A stretch of 64,000 bases of DNA from an uncultured Methanosarcinaceae archaeon (GTDB lineage Archaea > Halobacteriota > Methanosarcinia > Methanosarcinales > Methanosarcinaceae), in assembly GCA_963833425.1 (NCBI GenBank), contig CAWHXP010000003.1:256001-320000 (forward strand), written 5' to 3'. The notes under the pieces were generated by a model. The model had not been told where the DNA came from. It saw nothing but the letters and a program-made list of their open reading frames with translations, and searched no databases. The number at the start of each line of letters is the position of its first letter. Within the stretch, counting starts at the first letter, position 1. Of the stretch, positions 35,419 through 46,569 are shown piece by piece. Made by a program: the position numbers and the translations under genes.

Positions 35419-36660
35419 TCAGCCAAAATCTGGACTATCAAGCATTGCCTTAAATACATCTTCTTGCAGTACAATTTTCAAATTAAGTGCTTGCAACTGC
35501 TTTTGTAACTGCAGGTTCTCCATTCTTGTCAAGGACGCCAGGGATGATACGTTTTCAAAAAGATCGCCGATCGTTACGAATCTGGTAAGGGCATTTGCCG
35601 CAGCCATCTCCATCCCATATGTCATTTTTCTCGCACAGGTACAAAGAGCATCTTTGAAAATGCCCGAAAAATTCATACAATTGTTAAGTTGACTGGGAAA
35701 GTCCGACCTTCCTCTAGCAACGATCCTGGATACGGCTCTTTTTGCAGTATTTGACACAATTTCAAGGACATAGGGCTTTATGACCATAATGATTGCATCT
35801 TTTTTCATCGAACTAACCTTTCATCGTGACGATATTACCGACAGAAACTCCAATAAAAAGGTCAACATTATGTAGGGCATTTTTGAGGTCACCTTTTAAT
35901 TTTTAGGGATTTATGAGTCTAGAAATCCCATCTTTCGAGGAGCTCATACACTCTTCCCGCCCCTCATATGATAGTCCTTGCTGTCGCAGGTAAGGATTTT
36001 GTGTAGGATCAGCTCCTGCCCTGATACGGAATTTGAGAATTGTAACACCTCACCAGCGATACCTAAAAAATTATTTTGAGATCTTCTAAATCTTTGTGCA
36101 CAATTTTGATGGCATCAAAAAGACCTGAAAGAACTATAATAGCTGTCCAGTGTGATAATCATGGAAAACAGGAACTCAAAGTTATTCACAAAGTCTTGCT
36201 TCGATTTCGAAGCAACGAGGTGAGCTGATATCTTCAAAGTTGATGCCTCCAAAGACGGGAACAATGTACTTGACAGCCTTTATCACCTCTTCGGTATCCT
36301 GAATGTCCAGGCAGATAGGAAAAGCGTTAATATTAGCAAATTCTTTGAAAATAATTGCTTTTCCCTCCATAACAGACAAAGCAGCATAAGGTCCTATATT
36401 TCCAAACCCGAATACTGAAGACCAGTCTGCGAAATAGCAACTGTATTCTTCGTTATGGTATAAAGGTAGACAAGATCTGGATTGTTGCTTATTTTCTTGA
36501 AGAGCTCGGCAACTCGTGGTGTATAGACAATACTAAAATCATGATTGTCAGAAGATGAAATTTACTTGTATTCCGAAGCACATCTCCAAGTTTTTTGTTT
36601 ATGAAAAGAGACTCTTGATATAATGAAGCATGTGTATCTCTATCTTTCTACGAATTAGTT
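35419..36660 (-). pseudogene. NAD(P)-dependent malic enzyme, heavily disrupted
   Basis: Collinear fragments IVYTPRVA, GFGNIGPYAALSVMEGKA, FGGINFEDISSPRCFEIE, VFHDYH, LFIGVS, ARGRSDFPSQLNN, with many stops and frameshifts. Confidence 0.9.
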
Positions 36661-36858
36661 CCAAATTCTTTTCGATATCCTTTTTAAGATCATTTTCCGA
36701 ACTTAAAAGTGAACGATGTTCCTGATCCCAATAACTACTGTGATCTTATCAAAATCTGGCCAATGTTTTCTCCAAAATATTACACATACTATTCTTACAT
36801 TTAGGAAAGTATTAAATTACTACTCAAAACAACAAAAAGCTTTAAAAGATAAATTTAT

Positions 36859-37728
36859 TCATATTCCCAGCATCATCCTAATAGTATTCCTAGCTGCAGG
36901 AGAAAGCCCAAGAATCAAAAGAGTCATTTTGATAAGCATTTTCATTTTAGAGGACTGTTCGTCATCCTCAAACTGAGTTTCAAGCAAGTAAAGAACTCCA
37001 ATAAAGATAATAAATTTCAAAGGATACATAACCAATGCAGTACCAGTAAACTGAATAAGGTATGTAGGTACAACATGTTTTTCATAGTAGCCTAGTTTGT
37101 CTACTCCTACATATGTTGAAGAAGCGTCCATCAGCTGAGCCAGCAGGATGGAGATGTTAAGTGGGTCGGTAAATATAGAGGATTTTAAACAACGGGCAAC
37201 TATGTAGAAAGCAACTGTCAATCCTATTCCTGTTCCAACTACAAAGAGGGAGATATAAGGGGCCACCAAGTGTTCGAAATGTAGGAGGATAATTATATTT
37301 ACAAAGAACCATCCAAGTCCAAAGCCTGCAAAGACTTGATGAAAATCATTCAACAAACCTGCCTTCTGGAGCCGGATGGAAAGCCAGAGGCAGCTTACAG
37401 TTACCGCAAAGACAACAAAGTAAATATTTGGAGTTATGAGCAGGTAGCTTAATGGTGGATGAACTATACCTGCATGAGAATCTGCTAAAACGCGCAGCGA
37501 GGAACCTGCAAGCACGAAAGGTAGGACAGAGGCAATGAAGCGGTTTGTGATTTTTAACTCCAATTTCTCGAGAAGCCTAAAAACTCCAAATATGCAAATC
37601 CCAAGTACCACTGCCCAGGTGAAAGTGTTTACAGGGTTATACCCTGAATCAGTCCGTATGGGATCGAGATAATAGATATTGACAAACTGTGAAATATTAT
37701 CTATTAAATAATTCATCTTATCACTCAT
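36859..37728 (-). CDS. DUF63 family archaeal membrane protein
   Basis: GYNPVNT, GSSLRVLAD, LITPNIY, DASSTYVG..YYEKHV, LGLSPAARN. Confidence 0.88.
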   Translation of the reverse strand: MSDKMNYLIDNISQFVNIYYLDPIRTDSGYNPVNTFTWAVVLGICIFGVFRLLEKLELKITNRFIASVLPFVLAGSSLRVLADSHAGIVHPPLSYLLITPNIYFVVFAVTVSCLWLSIRLQKAGLLNDFHQVFAGFGLGWFFVNIIILLHFEHLVAPYISLFVVGTGIGLTVAFYIVARCLKSSIFTDPLNISILLAQLMDASSTYVGVDKLGYYEKHVVPTYLIQFTGTALVMYPLKFIIFIGVLYLLETQFEDDEQSSKMKMLIKMTLLILGLSPAARNTIRMMLGI

Positions 37729-37789
37729 AGGATTTATTCACTTGAGTATTTAAATCAATACATTTTAATTTATAAAAAATGATGTCTCT

Positions 37790-37880
37790 GGGGAATTTCG
37801 ATAAACTCTGAATTTGTTTTCATTTGTGATAAATTGAATACAAATACCTCATGAAAATCAGAAGTTAATCGAAATACTCT
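37790..37880. mobile_element. ~90-bp IS5-derived MITE
   Basis: GGGAATTTCGATAAACTCTGA...TCAGAAGTTAATCGAAATACTCT inverted ends. Confidence 0.75.
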
Positions 37881-38859
37881 CCAGACAGTTTGATATTTTA
37901 TGCAACTGATATTCAGTACTACATCAATTAGTAGTCGATTCTAAAGCAAATTGCTTATGCAATAACAAGAAAGGGCAATAGCAAGTTGAAAGAATTTTTT
38001 AATTGTAAAAAGAAATTAATAGGTATAAAAAGCAATTACTGTTCTGCAAGGGAAATTACCACCACCTATACACCTGTTTACCAATGCCGCGATATACGAA
38101 AGCGGAACTGGATAGTAAAAAGAGAAAATTCAAAAGAGAAAAATTGTCGGGATTCAAACATTCTCGACTGATAAGCATTCAAATGCAATTAGTGGAATAA
38201 TCGCAATTATGGAATAAGATGACAGGGAAAGTACATGAGGAATTAGTTTAGTTACTTACTTGAATATTCAATCATGTTCAATTGATTTTAAGAGATTTTA
38301 ATTCCCAAAAGCTCGAATAAAAAAACATATTGAGATTCTCAAAGGCTTTGATGCAGTAATATCCTTTAGTAGACATGTTATTTGCTTCATTTACGATCCT
38401 GGATCAACTTTCCGCAGACGTACACTAGAATGCCATCTATTTCCTCAATATGACAGGAGCTTAAAAATGAATCTGGCTTTCGATGAAGAAAAATAGTAAT
38501 TGGGCAAAAAAACTATAAAATTATATAAAATATGGAATTTAGGCTAGATATGTCCATTAAAATTTTATTTTGAGATAAATACTTCATTGGCAGAAAACTA
38601 TTTGATTCCGATCCAAATTCTTTAATAAAAAAGGCAGATAAAACAAATGGAATGTTGATATATGATTGCCTTGGAATAACATGAACTTATTATTGACGAC
38701 TAAGAAAGAGGATAATTATGTAGAACTTACGCAGTAGCAGGCTCTACCAATAACCCTCTAACTTTTTCAATATTATAATAAATTTCAATTGTTCTTAGTT
38801 GACTAATGTATACTATTTCTTTTATTTTGTGAATTTTTTATAGCTTCAAATCAAAAGAT

Positions 38860-39200
38860 CCAGTTTCTGATTCTTTGTACCATGGGATTTAGCATAGCCA
38901 TCAATGAAACATATATATACTCTCTTTGACTCGTTTTTACAGTATATTTTTATGTACTAAATAATTGTGTCATCTCTCTATGGCACCCTTTAGCTTTCAG
39001 TATTTTTTTATATCTTTTTATGGATTCATCCATATCAAACACATTTGTGACCAGTATACATGTCTTCGTTTTTAAAAACTATCCTGAATACTTTCACAAA
39101 CTCTTATGCTTTTAGATGAACCACAACCATTTCTTTAAGGATCTAAACATTTTTGAGCGGCATATTTTCTCACAATCAAAATTTATCAAAAGATTTGTTT
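38860..39200 (-). mobile_element. IS701-family transposase C-terminal relic
   Basis: VVVHLKA*EFVKVFRIVFKNED..YWVTNVFDMDE..CHREMTQ..SQREYI resembles IS701 VHLKGYGFVKVFRIV..W.T..LDMDE..YHRGIKQ..QRAHI. Confidence 0.6.
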
Positions 39201-39390
39201 TTAATATCGCCCAAAAATGCTATTGTTCTTCATAGATGTTATTGTTCTTCTTTTATAGCTTTGAGGTTCTTTACGCTTGATTATTACGCGTCTAAGCAGT
39301 ATGAATTTCGATTAAATATAAGTTATTTGGTTTCATCAAAGTATCAAGATTATATTCAGAGGTCCTATACTCAAAATCGATAAACTGTGA

Positions 39391-40224
39391 TTAGACATCT
39401 ACTTTATCAAATCTCCAGAGTACGATGGATAGCATTACGAGAGCAAAAAATATGAGACCCGCGAAAGACATAATGATATCTGCGGTCGTATAAATATAAT
39501 GGCCTCCCATTACAGAGAAATTAGTTCCTAGCGCAAAATACCGAATTCCATTTGAAAGAAGAGTTAACGGGTTGAATATTGACAGAACCTTGAGAACCTC
39601 GGGAAAAGAATCAATTGGATATAGAGCATTGCTTACGAAGAACAGAGGCATGCTGAGCAGAGTTAGAATAGATTGCATCCCTTCAGGCTGATCAACGGTA
39701 ATAGCAATTGATCCTGAAAGGAAGAAAAATCCTAAGGTAAAAATTCCCACTAATAAAAAAATACCCACGACTGAGACAAGAGTTTGAGTAGTATCATATC
39801 CTTTAAAAAAACTCATCCCGATCAGTTTCCCAAATACTATAATGATACCCGTCTGAATGAATGCTTTCGTAATGCTTGAAAGTCCGATGCCCATGACAAT
39901 ATTTATTCGTGGGGCAGGACTTGCGAGAGTCTCTTTCAATAAGCTGTATTTCTTATCAAATAGGAGAGAAGTACCTCCAAAAAGACTGCTAAATAATACA
40001 TCCATTGCAATAATTCCAGCTCCCATGTAGGTAAGGTAATCGACAGTAGGAATCCCTGGAGTGCTGGGAAGTAAGGAAGTAAGTTTATCAAAACTTTTTG
40101 ACATTGCTAACCCAAAAAATGCAAGCCACATAACAGGTTGGATTAAGGAACTGAAGAGCGTTGATTTAAATCTGAAAAACTTTACCATTTCTCTCCAGTA
40201 CACAGCACGAAATTCAAAGTTCAT
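39391..40224 (-). CDS. ABC-2 type exporter permease (DrrB-like)
   Basis: Six hydrophobic segments; SSLIQP, SNALYP, NPLT motifs. Confidence 0.9.
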   Translation of the reverse strand: MNFEFRAVYWREMVKFFRFKSTLFSSLIQPVMWLAFFGLAMSKSFDKLTSLLPSTPGIPTVDYLTYMGAGIIAMDVLFSSLFGGTSLLFDKKYSLLKETLASPAPRINIVMGIGLSSITKAFIQTGIIIVFGKLIGMSFFKGYDTTQTLVSVVGIFLLVGIFTLGFFFLSGSIAITVDQPEGMQSILTLLSMPLFFVSNALYPIDSFPEVLKVLSIFNPLTLLSNGIRYFALGTNFSVMGGHYIYTTADIIMSFAGLIFFALVMLSIVLWRFDKVDV

Positions 40225-41210
40225 TTCAAAACCTCCGCAATTTTGATCTCTGCGTGCTGCTCCTCAAGTTCTCCTTCCCTTAAACCATGACCAGTATAGT
40301 GTATAAAAACATCATCCATTGAGGGCTTTTTAATATTTACTATCGTGATCTCTATTCCATTTTGCCTGACCTTATCCATAATTTTTGGCAAAATATGCGT
40401 TACATCTCCCCCAAGCATCACTCTGAGGAATTTTGTATCTTCGTTTACTCCTTTCACCGATTCAAGTGTCTTTATAATCCCTGCAGCAGTTTTATTATCG
40501 CTGGTTTCTAAATATATAAGATCTTCACCAAGCTGATTTTTTAAATCCGAAACACTCCCTGTTGTGATTATTTTCCCGTGATCGATTATGCTGATCCTGT
40601 CGCTGAGCTGATCAGCTTCTTCCATATAATGAGTAGTCAAGAAAATAGTAGTACCTTCTCTTTTAATCTCTCTCAAATACTCCCAGATTCTCATTCTCGT
40701 CTGGATGTCAAAACCTACAGTTGGTTCGTCAAGGAAGAGAACTGAAGGTTTTGTCATTAATCCTCTTGCAAGTTCAAGCCTTCGCTTCATACCCCCACTT
40801 AGGTCCTTAGCTAAGACATTCCTCTTAGTTTCCAGTTCAGTAAGTTTAATGAGTTCATTAATCCTGTTTCTTCTTTCATTTTTTGGCATTGCGTATATTT
40901 TGCCATGATATTCTAAGTTCTCAAACACAGTCATTTCATAATCAATGCACATCATCTGAAAAACAATGCCTATTGACCTTCTAACTTCTTTGGATTCTTT
41001 TGCTACATTATACCCGTTGACCTTAGCCTCACCCTTCTGGATTTTACGAAGTGTGGTTAGAATATTTATTACTGTACTTTTACCCGCTCCATTTGGACCT
41101 AAAAATGAAAATATTTCTCCTTTTTTCACCGTGAAACTTATATTATCTACTGCTTTTAAGTCATCGTATTTATGTTCAAGGTTATTTACTTCTATGACGT
41201 TTGTGGTCAT
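40221..41210 (-). CDS. ABC exporter ATP-binding protein (DrrA-like)
   Basis: GPNGAGKS, LSGGMKRR, LFLDEPT, LTTHYMEEA, PSMDDVF. 4-bp overlap with the permease. Confidence 0.95.
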   Translation of the reverse strand: MTTNVIEVNNLEHKYDDLKAVDNISFTVKKGEIFSFLGPNGAGKSTVINILTTLRKIQKGEAKVNGYNVAKESKEVRRSIGIVFQMMCIDYEMTVFENLEYHGKIYAMPKNERRNRINELIKLTELETKRNVLAKDLSGGMKRRLELARGLMTKPSVLFLDEPTVGFDIQTRMRIWEYLREIKREGTTIFLTTHYMEEADQLSDRISIIDHGKIITTGSVSDLKNQLGEDLIYLETSDNKTAAGIIKTLESVKGVNEDTKFLRVMLGGDVTHILPKIMDKVRQNGIEITIVNIKKPSMDDVFIHYTGHGLREGELEEQHAEIKIAEVLK

Positions 41211-41748
41211 GGTAAATCAAGCCCCCCTTTACCAAATAGTATCTACATAAGCCACTCATACTAGACACCAATTTTGAGCAGCTATAAATTAACAATTTAC
41301 TTATTGGAACTAATAAGTTTGAATAAATATCTTGATAGTTTTACACAAGTAGTTGCATCTCCGAATGTATATATAAATAGGAAATATAACTTCTAAACTG
41401 ATTTCTGAATGGTTCTTTGTTTTTGGATATCTCTAGGTGAGTGTATTTGACTGATTTTATCCTGTTTTGTAAAATACAAACCAATAATTAGTAAATTTGT
41501 TTTTAAGAATTTTTTTCCTTAAAATTGGGCAGCACAGAATTAAATATTGATATTTTCATGATTAAGTTTCCCTTGCCAGACATATCTACTGTAAACTCAC
41601 AGACTTGCGGAAAACTATTTGGAGACTCCGTTCAGAGAATTTTGGAAATAACATAAATCGAGTAACAGAAGCTGACCACAATTTCCTTCTTCATCATTTA
41701 TGAGCGAGAAACGAAATACAGTTACATTTAGTAGATATTAAATTTAAG

Positions 41749-41772
41749 AATAAATAAATAAATAAATAAATA
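41749..41772. repeat. (AATA)6 microsatellite
   Basis: Read directly. Confidence 0.9.
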
Positions 41773-42118
41773 GAATCTATAAATATAATTCAACTTTACC
41801 ATGTTTAAGGTAAGTACATTTGTTTAATTATGACTTGGGTACTATTTAATACATATGACATTGCTAAGGCAACTATTAGTTAAAATCGATGAAGATACGG
41901 TAAAAAAAGATTTGATTTAAAAAAATCCTTTAGACTAAACTACAAAAAGCATGGATGAAGGCTTTTTCAAGATGAAAATTAAAGGATTCCCACTAAGTTT
42001 AATGCTCAGGCTGCAAAGCAGCCTATTAACACACTCATAAAAGAGTTCTGATTTTAAAATCCTCTTCTTCTTTTGGAAAAATGTCCTTATTTTTACTTTC
42101 ACCATTTTAATGTCAGGC

Positions 42119-43312
42119 TCAATGTAGTATAATTTCGCCCAGATCTGTATATCTACCTTTTCCTATTATTACGCCGGTATTTATACTTGTATTAATACCG
42201 GTATGCACATCGTCTCCCATAATCACACCAAGTTTTCTCCTACCAGAGTCGAGAACTTTGCCCTTAAGTCTAACTCGTACATTTTTCCCGTCATGTCGGA
42301 GATTTGCAACTTTCGTGCCAGCTCCAAAATTACAGCGCCGTCCAATTACACTATCGCCTACATAACTCAAGTGCCCTACATGGGTACCTTCCATAATGAT
42401 CGAATTCTTTATTTCCACTGCATTTCCAACCCTGACATTTTTCCCGATAGCAGTGTAAGGACGAATAAAGCAGTTCGGACCTATATCACAGTTTTCCCCC
42501 ATTACAACAGGCCCTTCGATATACGAACCGCTCCTTATAAGAGTGTCTTTCCCGATAACAACTTCGCCTTTTATGGCTGTATCAGGTTCCACTATGCCTT
42601 CACAGCTGCCTTTTAGACCTTTCAAAAGGTTTTCATTTGCTTTCAGAAGATCCCATGGATATCCGATATCTATCCACTTGCCTTCCAAAGTACTATAACC
42701 CACAGTCACTCCACTATCTATTAACATCTGGATAGAATCTGTAATCTCAAATTCGTTTCTTACTGAAGTAGGGGTTCTAGCAATGAAATCAAATATTGAG
42801 TCTCTGAAGAGATATATTCCGGCATTTGCAAGGTTAGTAGGAGGATTTACAGGTTTTTCAATGACCTTGACCACTTTGTTATTTTTGATCTCGGTCACCC
42901 CAAAATCAGACGGGTTATCCACCTCTTTCACACAGATAACAGCTTCTTCTGATCTTGAAATCAAGATTTTTAAGTCCTCTTTCCCGATTAGCATGTCTCC
43001 ATTAAGTACAAGAAAAGCCTCTTCGACATAGCCTTTTGCATAACCGATTGCATTAGCAGTTCCTAACTGCTCCTTTTGTCGTACGTAATCTATGCTTAAT
43101 CCAAATTTACTTCCATCTCCGAAATACTCCCTTATCTGTTTTTCCATATATCCTGTAATGAAAATAAAACTTTCAATACCTACTTCTACCGCTGAGCTCA
43201 GGATATGTTCTAGAATGGGTTTATTTGCAACTGGGAGCATTACTTTAGGACATTCAGAAGTTAGAGGCTCCATCCTTGTGCCCTTGCCTGCCACAAGAAC
43301 AACTGCTTTCAT
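42119..43312 (-). CDS. glmU: Bifunctional sugar-1-phosphate nucleotidylyltransferase/acetyltransferase (archaeal GlmU)
   Basis: [13 protein letters not shown], hexapeptide repeats, [20 protein letters not shown]. Confidence 0.92.
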   Translation of the reverse strand: MKAVVLVAGKGTRMEPLTSECPKVMLPVANKPILEHILSSAVEVGIESFIFITGYMEKQIREYFGDGSKFGLSIDYVRQKEQLGTANAIGYAKGYVEEAFLVLNGDMLIGKEDLKILISRSEEAVICVKEVDNPSDFGVTEIKNNKVVKVIEKPVNPPTNLANAGIYLFRDSIFDFIARTPTSVRNEFEITDSIQMLIDSGVTVGYSTLEGKWIDIGYPWDLLKANENLLKGLKGSCEGIVEPDTAIKGEVVIGKDTLIRSGSYIEGPVVMGENCDIGPNCFIRPYTAIGKNVRVGNAVEIKNSIIMEGTHVGHLSYVGDSVIGRRCNFGAGTKVANLRHDGKNVRVRLKGKVLDSGRRKLGVIMGDDVHTGINTSINTGVIIGKGRYTDLGEIILH

Positions 43313-44613
43313 TTAAGTGCCTCCTTCACTATATCTTTAGCCATTTCAAAAATTTCATCAACATTTTCCCTGGCTTCAGCAGTAATTCTCACTTTTGCCT
43401 CTGTACCTGAAGGACGTACAAGCACCCAACCGTTTTTCACTTTCACGCGGATGCCATCTATATCAAGAACTTCTCCCAGGGGCTTGAGATTCACCTTTAC
43501 CTTTTCCATAAACTCTGCCTTTTTTGCATTTTCACAGGGCAGAGTCCCTCTCTTCGTGGCATAACGAGGGAGCTCTGCCCTTAGTTCGCTTAGTTTCTTG
43601 TCCTTCACAATCTCGATGATCCTTGCAGCTGCATAAACTCCATCCGGACAGTAGGAGATTTTCGGGAAAATCCAGCTCCCTGAAGGTTCGCCTCCATAGG
43701 TGGCGTTGAACTTTTTTATACCTTCTGCAACATAGACATCTCCAACCTTTGTTCTCACGATTTTAGAACCTTTAAGGAAATCGTCAACAATCATTGAAGT
43801 GTCCACAGGCACAACCACGGTCCCTTTACTATATCCACATTCATAGAATCCGAAAATCGCAAGCAGCTCATCTCCTGACACGAAATTACCTCTCTCATCT
43901 ACTACCATCATTCTATCTGCATCACCGTCATGAGCTATACCAAGATCAGCTCCGAAATCCAAAACTGTTTTTTTGAGCAGAGAAAGGTTTTCATCGTTTG
44001 GTTCCGGGTTTCTTGCAGGGAAATGCCCATCAGGCTGAGCGTTAAGGGTTATTACTTCGCAACCCAGTTCCTGTAGAAGATAAGGACTAATCGTTCCTCC
44101 TGCTCCACACCCACAATCAAGTACTATTTTCAGACTAGAACTTTTTACTAATTTTTTGATCTTATTCATATGAGCCCGAATAGCATTTCCATCTTCTTCG
44201 AATTTGCCTATTAAGTTCCAGGGAACCCTTGTAAAACCCTCTTTTTCAATAGCTATTTCGATCTCATCCTGTTGGACTGAATCAAAAGCCATACCATCAG
44301 GATTCCAGAGCTTAATTCCTATATATTCAGAAGGATTATGTGAGGCTGTAACCATTACACCACATTCGTAAGCTCTTGCTGCATATGCCAGGGTAGGAGT
44401 AGTAACAAGGCCGATTTCTGAAACATCACAGCCTGCTGAAGTAAGTCCTGCTATGAGAGCGTGCTCTATCATAGGTGCTGAAACTCTTGGGTCCCTCCCA
44501 ATAACAGCAATTTTTTTCCGACTTCCCAATACAAGCCCGACTCTAAGTGCAAGTTCAGGCGTGATTTCTTTGTTTGCTATGCCCCTTATTCCTGAAGATC
44601 CAAAGAGTTTCAT
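43309..44613 (-). CDS. glmM: Phosphoglucosamine mutase
   Basis: [26 protein letters not shown]; glm cluster context. Confidence 0.93.
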   Translation of the reverse strand: MKLFGSSGIRGIANKEITPELALRVGLVLGSRKKIAVIGRDPRVSAPMIEHALIAGLTSAGCDVSEIGLVTTPTLAYAARAYECGVMVTASHNPSEYIGIKLWNPDGMAFDSVQQDEIEIAIEKEGFTRVPWNLIGKFEEDGNAIRAHMNKIKKLVKSSSLKIVLDCGCGAGGTISPYLLQELGCEVITLNAQPDGHFPARNPEPNDENLSLLKKTVLDFGADLGIAHDGDADRMMVVDERGNFVSGDELLAIFGFYECGYSKGTVVVPVDTSMIVDDFLKGSKIVRTKVGDVYVAEGIKKFNATYGGEPSGSWIFPKISYCPDGVYAAARIIEIVKDKKLSELRAELPRYATKRGTLPCENAKKAEFMEKVKVNLKPLGEVLDIDGIRVKVKNGWVLVRPSGTEAKVRITAEARENVDEIFEMAKDIVKEALK

Positions 44614-44693
44614 ATGTCCCGCTCCGCTATTCCCTTAAATAATTCTCCCTAAATTTTCGTTGTTTTCAATTTTGAAATATTCAACCCATATTA

Positions 44694-46547
44694 TTATTCT
44701 ACAGTGACGCTTTTCGCAAGGTTGCGCGGCTTGTCGATAGAGCAGTCTCGAGCAAGAGCTGTATAGTAAGCAAGCAGCTGGAGAACCACAACGTTCAGAA
44801 GGGGAGATAATAATTCGTCACTCTGAGGAACTGTGAGCACAATATCTGCATACTTTCCTATCTCATTATCGTTATTATTGGCAATTGCTATGACTATAGC
44901 ATCTCTTGCTTTTACTTCTTTTATATTGCTCAGCACCTTTTCGTAAGTAGGACCTTTTGTTGCAATTGTGACTACAGGTGTTCCTTTTTCAAGTAGGGCT
45001 ATTGGCCCATGCTTAAGCTCTCCAGCGGCAAAGCCCTCCGCATGCAAGTATGAAATCTCTTTTAGTTTAAGGGCTCCTTCAAGAGCAATTGGATAGTTCA
45101 GGTTCCTTCCAAGGAAGAAATAACTTTTTGCATTAAAAAAATTCTCAGCACATTCCTTCATTGATTCTTGCTGGTTGAGAATTTGTTGAATCTGCCCCGG
45201 AACCTTCCTAATCGCCGTAATGAATCTTTTAACATCATCAGGGCTTAACCTGCCTCTAGATAGAGCAAATTTGACGGCAAGCAAATAAAGAATTGTAATT
45301 TGAGTGCTAAATGTCTTGGTTGCAGCAACTCCTATCTCGGGCCCTGCTCTAGTATATAGAACACTATTTGCTTCTCTTGTAATAGTACTTCCTACGACGT
45401 TGGTGATTGCAAGGGTAGGGCAATTGTAAGACATTATCTCCCTCACAGCTGCAAGGGTATCTGCAGTTTCCCCTGACTGGGTTATAGCAATCGCCAGTGT
45501 TCCGTCATCCATAACAGGACTTCTGTATCTGTATTCCGAGCAGATATCTATATCACAGTGAATCCCGGCCAATTGCTCAAAAAGATATTTTCCAAGCATT
45601 CCTGCATGCCAAGAGGTTCCACATGCCAATATTTGGATTCTAGAGAGCTTCCTTATATCCTCATCAGTCATGTTCAGTTCTGTGAGATAAATTTCCCCCT
45701 CTAGTTCCGAGACCTTACCAGCTAGTGTATTGTGAATTGCACTTACCTGCTCATGAATCTCTTTGAGCATGAAATGTTCGTAACCGGCTTTTTCAGCAGC
45801 TTCGAAGTCCCATTCTATAGTTTCTATTTTCTTTTCGCAGATTTTTCCTTCTTTGTCAAAAATCTCTACGCTACCAGGAGTCAAAACCACCGTTTCTAAG
45901 TCATTTATGAAGACAACGTCTCTTGTATGATTAAGAAAAGCAGTTACATCTGATGCTGCAAAGTTTTCCCCTTTTCCAAGTCCTATAACAAGAGGGCTAT
46001 CTTTTCTAGCAAGAACGAGTTTTCCAGGTTCGTCGGCACAGATGATTGCAAAGGCGTAAGAACCCTCAATTTCCTTCAGAGCTCTTTGAAGCCCTGTAAA
46101 TAGTTTACACTTTGCTTCATTTCCATCCGGATTCCCATATACGTGTTTATGGAGTAAATGTGCAACCACTTCAGTATCTGTTTCAGATTTGAATTTGTAT
46201 CCTTCTGTAGTTAGTTGCTCTTTCAATGCCATGTAATTTTCGATTATCCCGTTATGCACTACCGAGATCTTCGATGGATTCCCAGAGTTATGCGGATGGG
46301 CATTTATTGTACTTGGTCGTCCATGGGTCGCCCACCGAGTATGCCCTATTCCGATGTCGCCACTGATTTCTTTAGGGATTATGGCTTCAAGGTTTACAAT
46401 TTTACCTACTGATTTATAAGTTTCGATTTCGTTTCCCAGAATCGTAATACCGGCAGAATCGTATCCTCGATACTCTAGTTTTTTGAGGGATTCGATAATT
46501 ACAGATACAGCAGAATTCTTCCCTGCATATCCTACAATTCCACACAT
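44694..46547 (-). CDS. glmS: Glutamine-fructose-6-phosphate aminotransferase
   Basis: MCGIVG start at 46547, LEYRGYDSAG, GHTRWATHG, QSGETADT, PRNLAKSVTVE. Confidence 0.97.
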   Translation of the reverse strand: MCGIVGYAGKNSAVSVIIESLKKLEYRGYDSAGITILGNEIETYKSVGKIVNLEAIIPKEISGDIGIGHTRWATHGRPSTINAHPHNSGNPSKISVVHNGIIENYMALKEQLTTEGYKFKSETDTEVVAHLLHKHVYGNPDGNEAKCKLFTGLQRALKEIEGSYAFAIICADEPGKLVLARKDSPLVIGLGKGENFAASDVTAFLNHTRDVVFINDLETVVLTPGSVEIFDKEGKICEKKIETIEWDFEAAEKAGYEHFMLKEIHEQVSAIHNTLAGKVSELEGEIYLTELNMTDEDIRKLSRIQILACGTSWHAGMLGKYLFEQLAGIHCDIDICSEYRYRSPVMDDGTLAIAITQSGETADTLAAVREIMSYNCPTLAITNVVGSTITREANSVLYTRAGPEIGVAATKTFSTQITILYLLAVKFALSRGRLSPDDVKRFITAIRKVPGQIQQILNQQESMKECAENFFNAKSYFFLGRNLNYPIALEGALKLKEISYLHAEGFAAGELKHGPIALLEKGTPVVTIATKGPTYEKVLSNIKEVKARDAIVIAIANNNDNEIGKYADIVLTVPQSDELLSPLLNVVVLQLLAYYTALARDCSIDKPRNLAKSVTVE

Positions 46548-46569
46548 TTTTTTACCCCCTTTTTGGCAA

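Noticed and set aside
44614..44693. glmS ribozyme or riboswitch in the glm cluster
   Set aside because: glmS is directly preceded by a CDS with no leader, and the spacers are short and unstructured.
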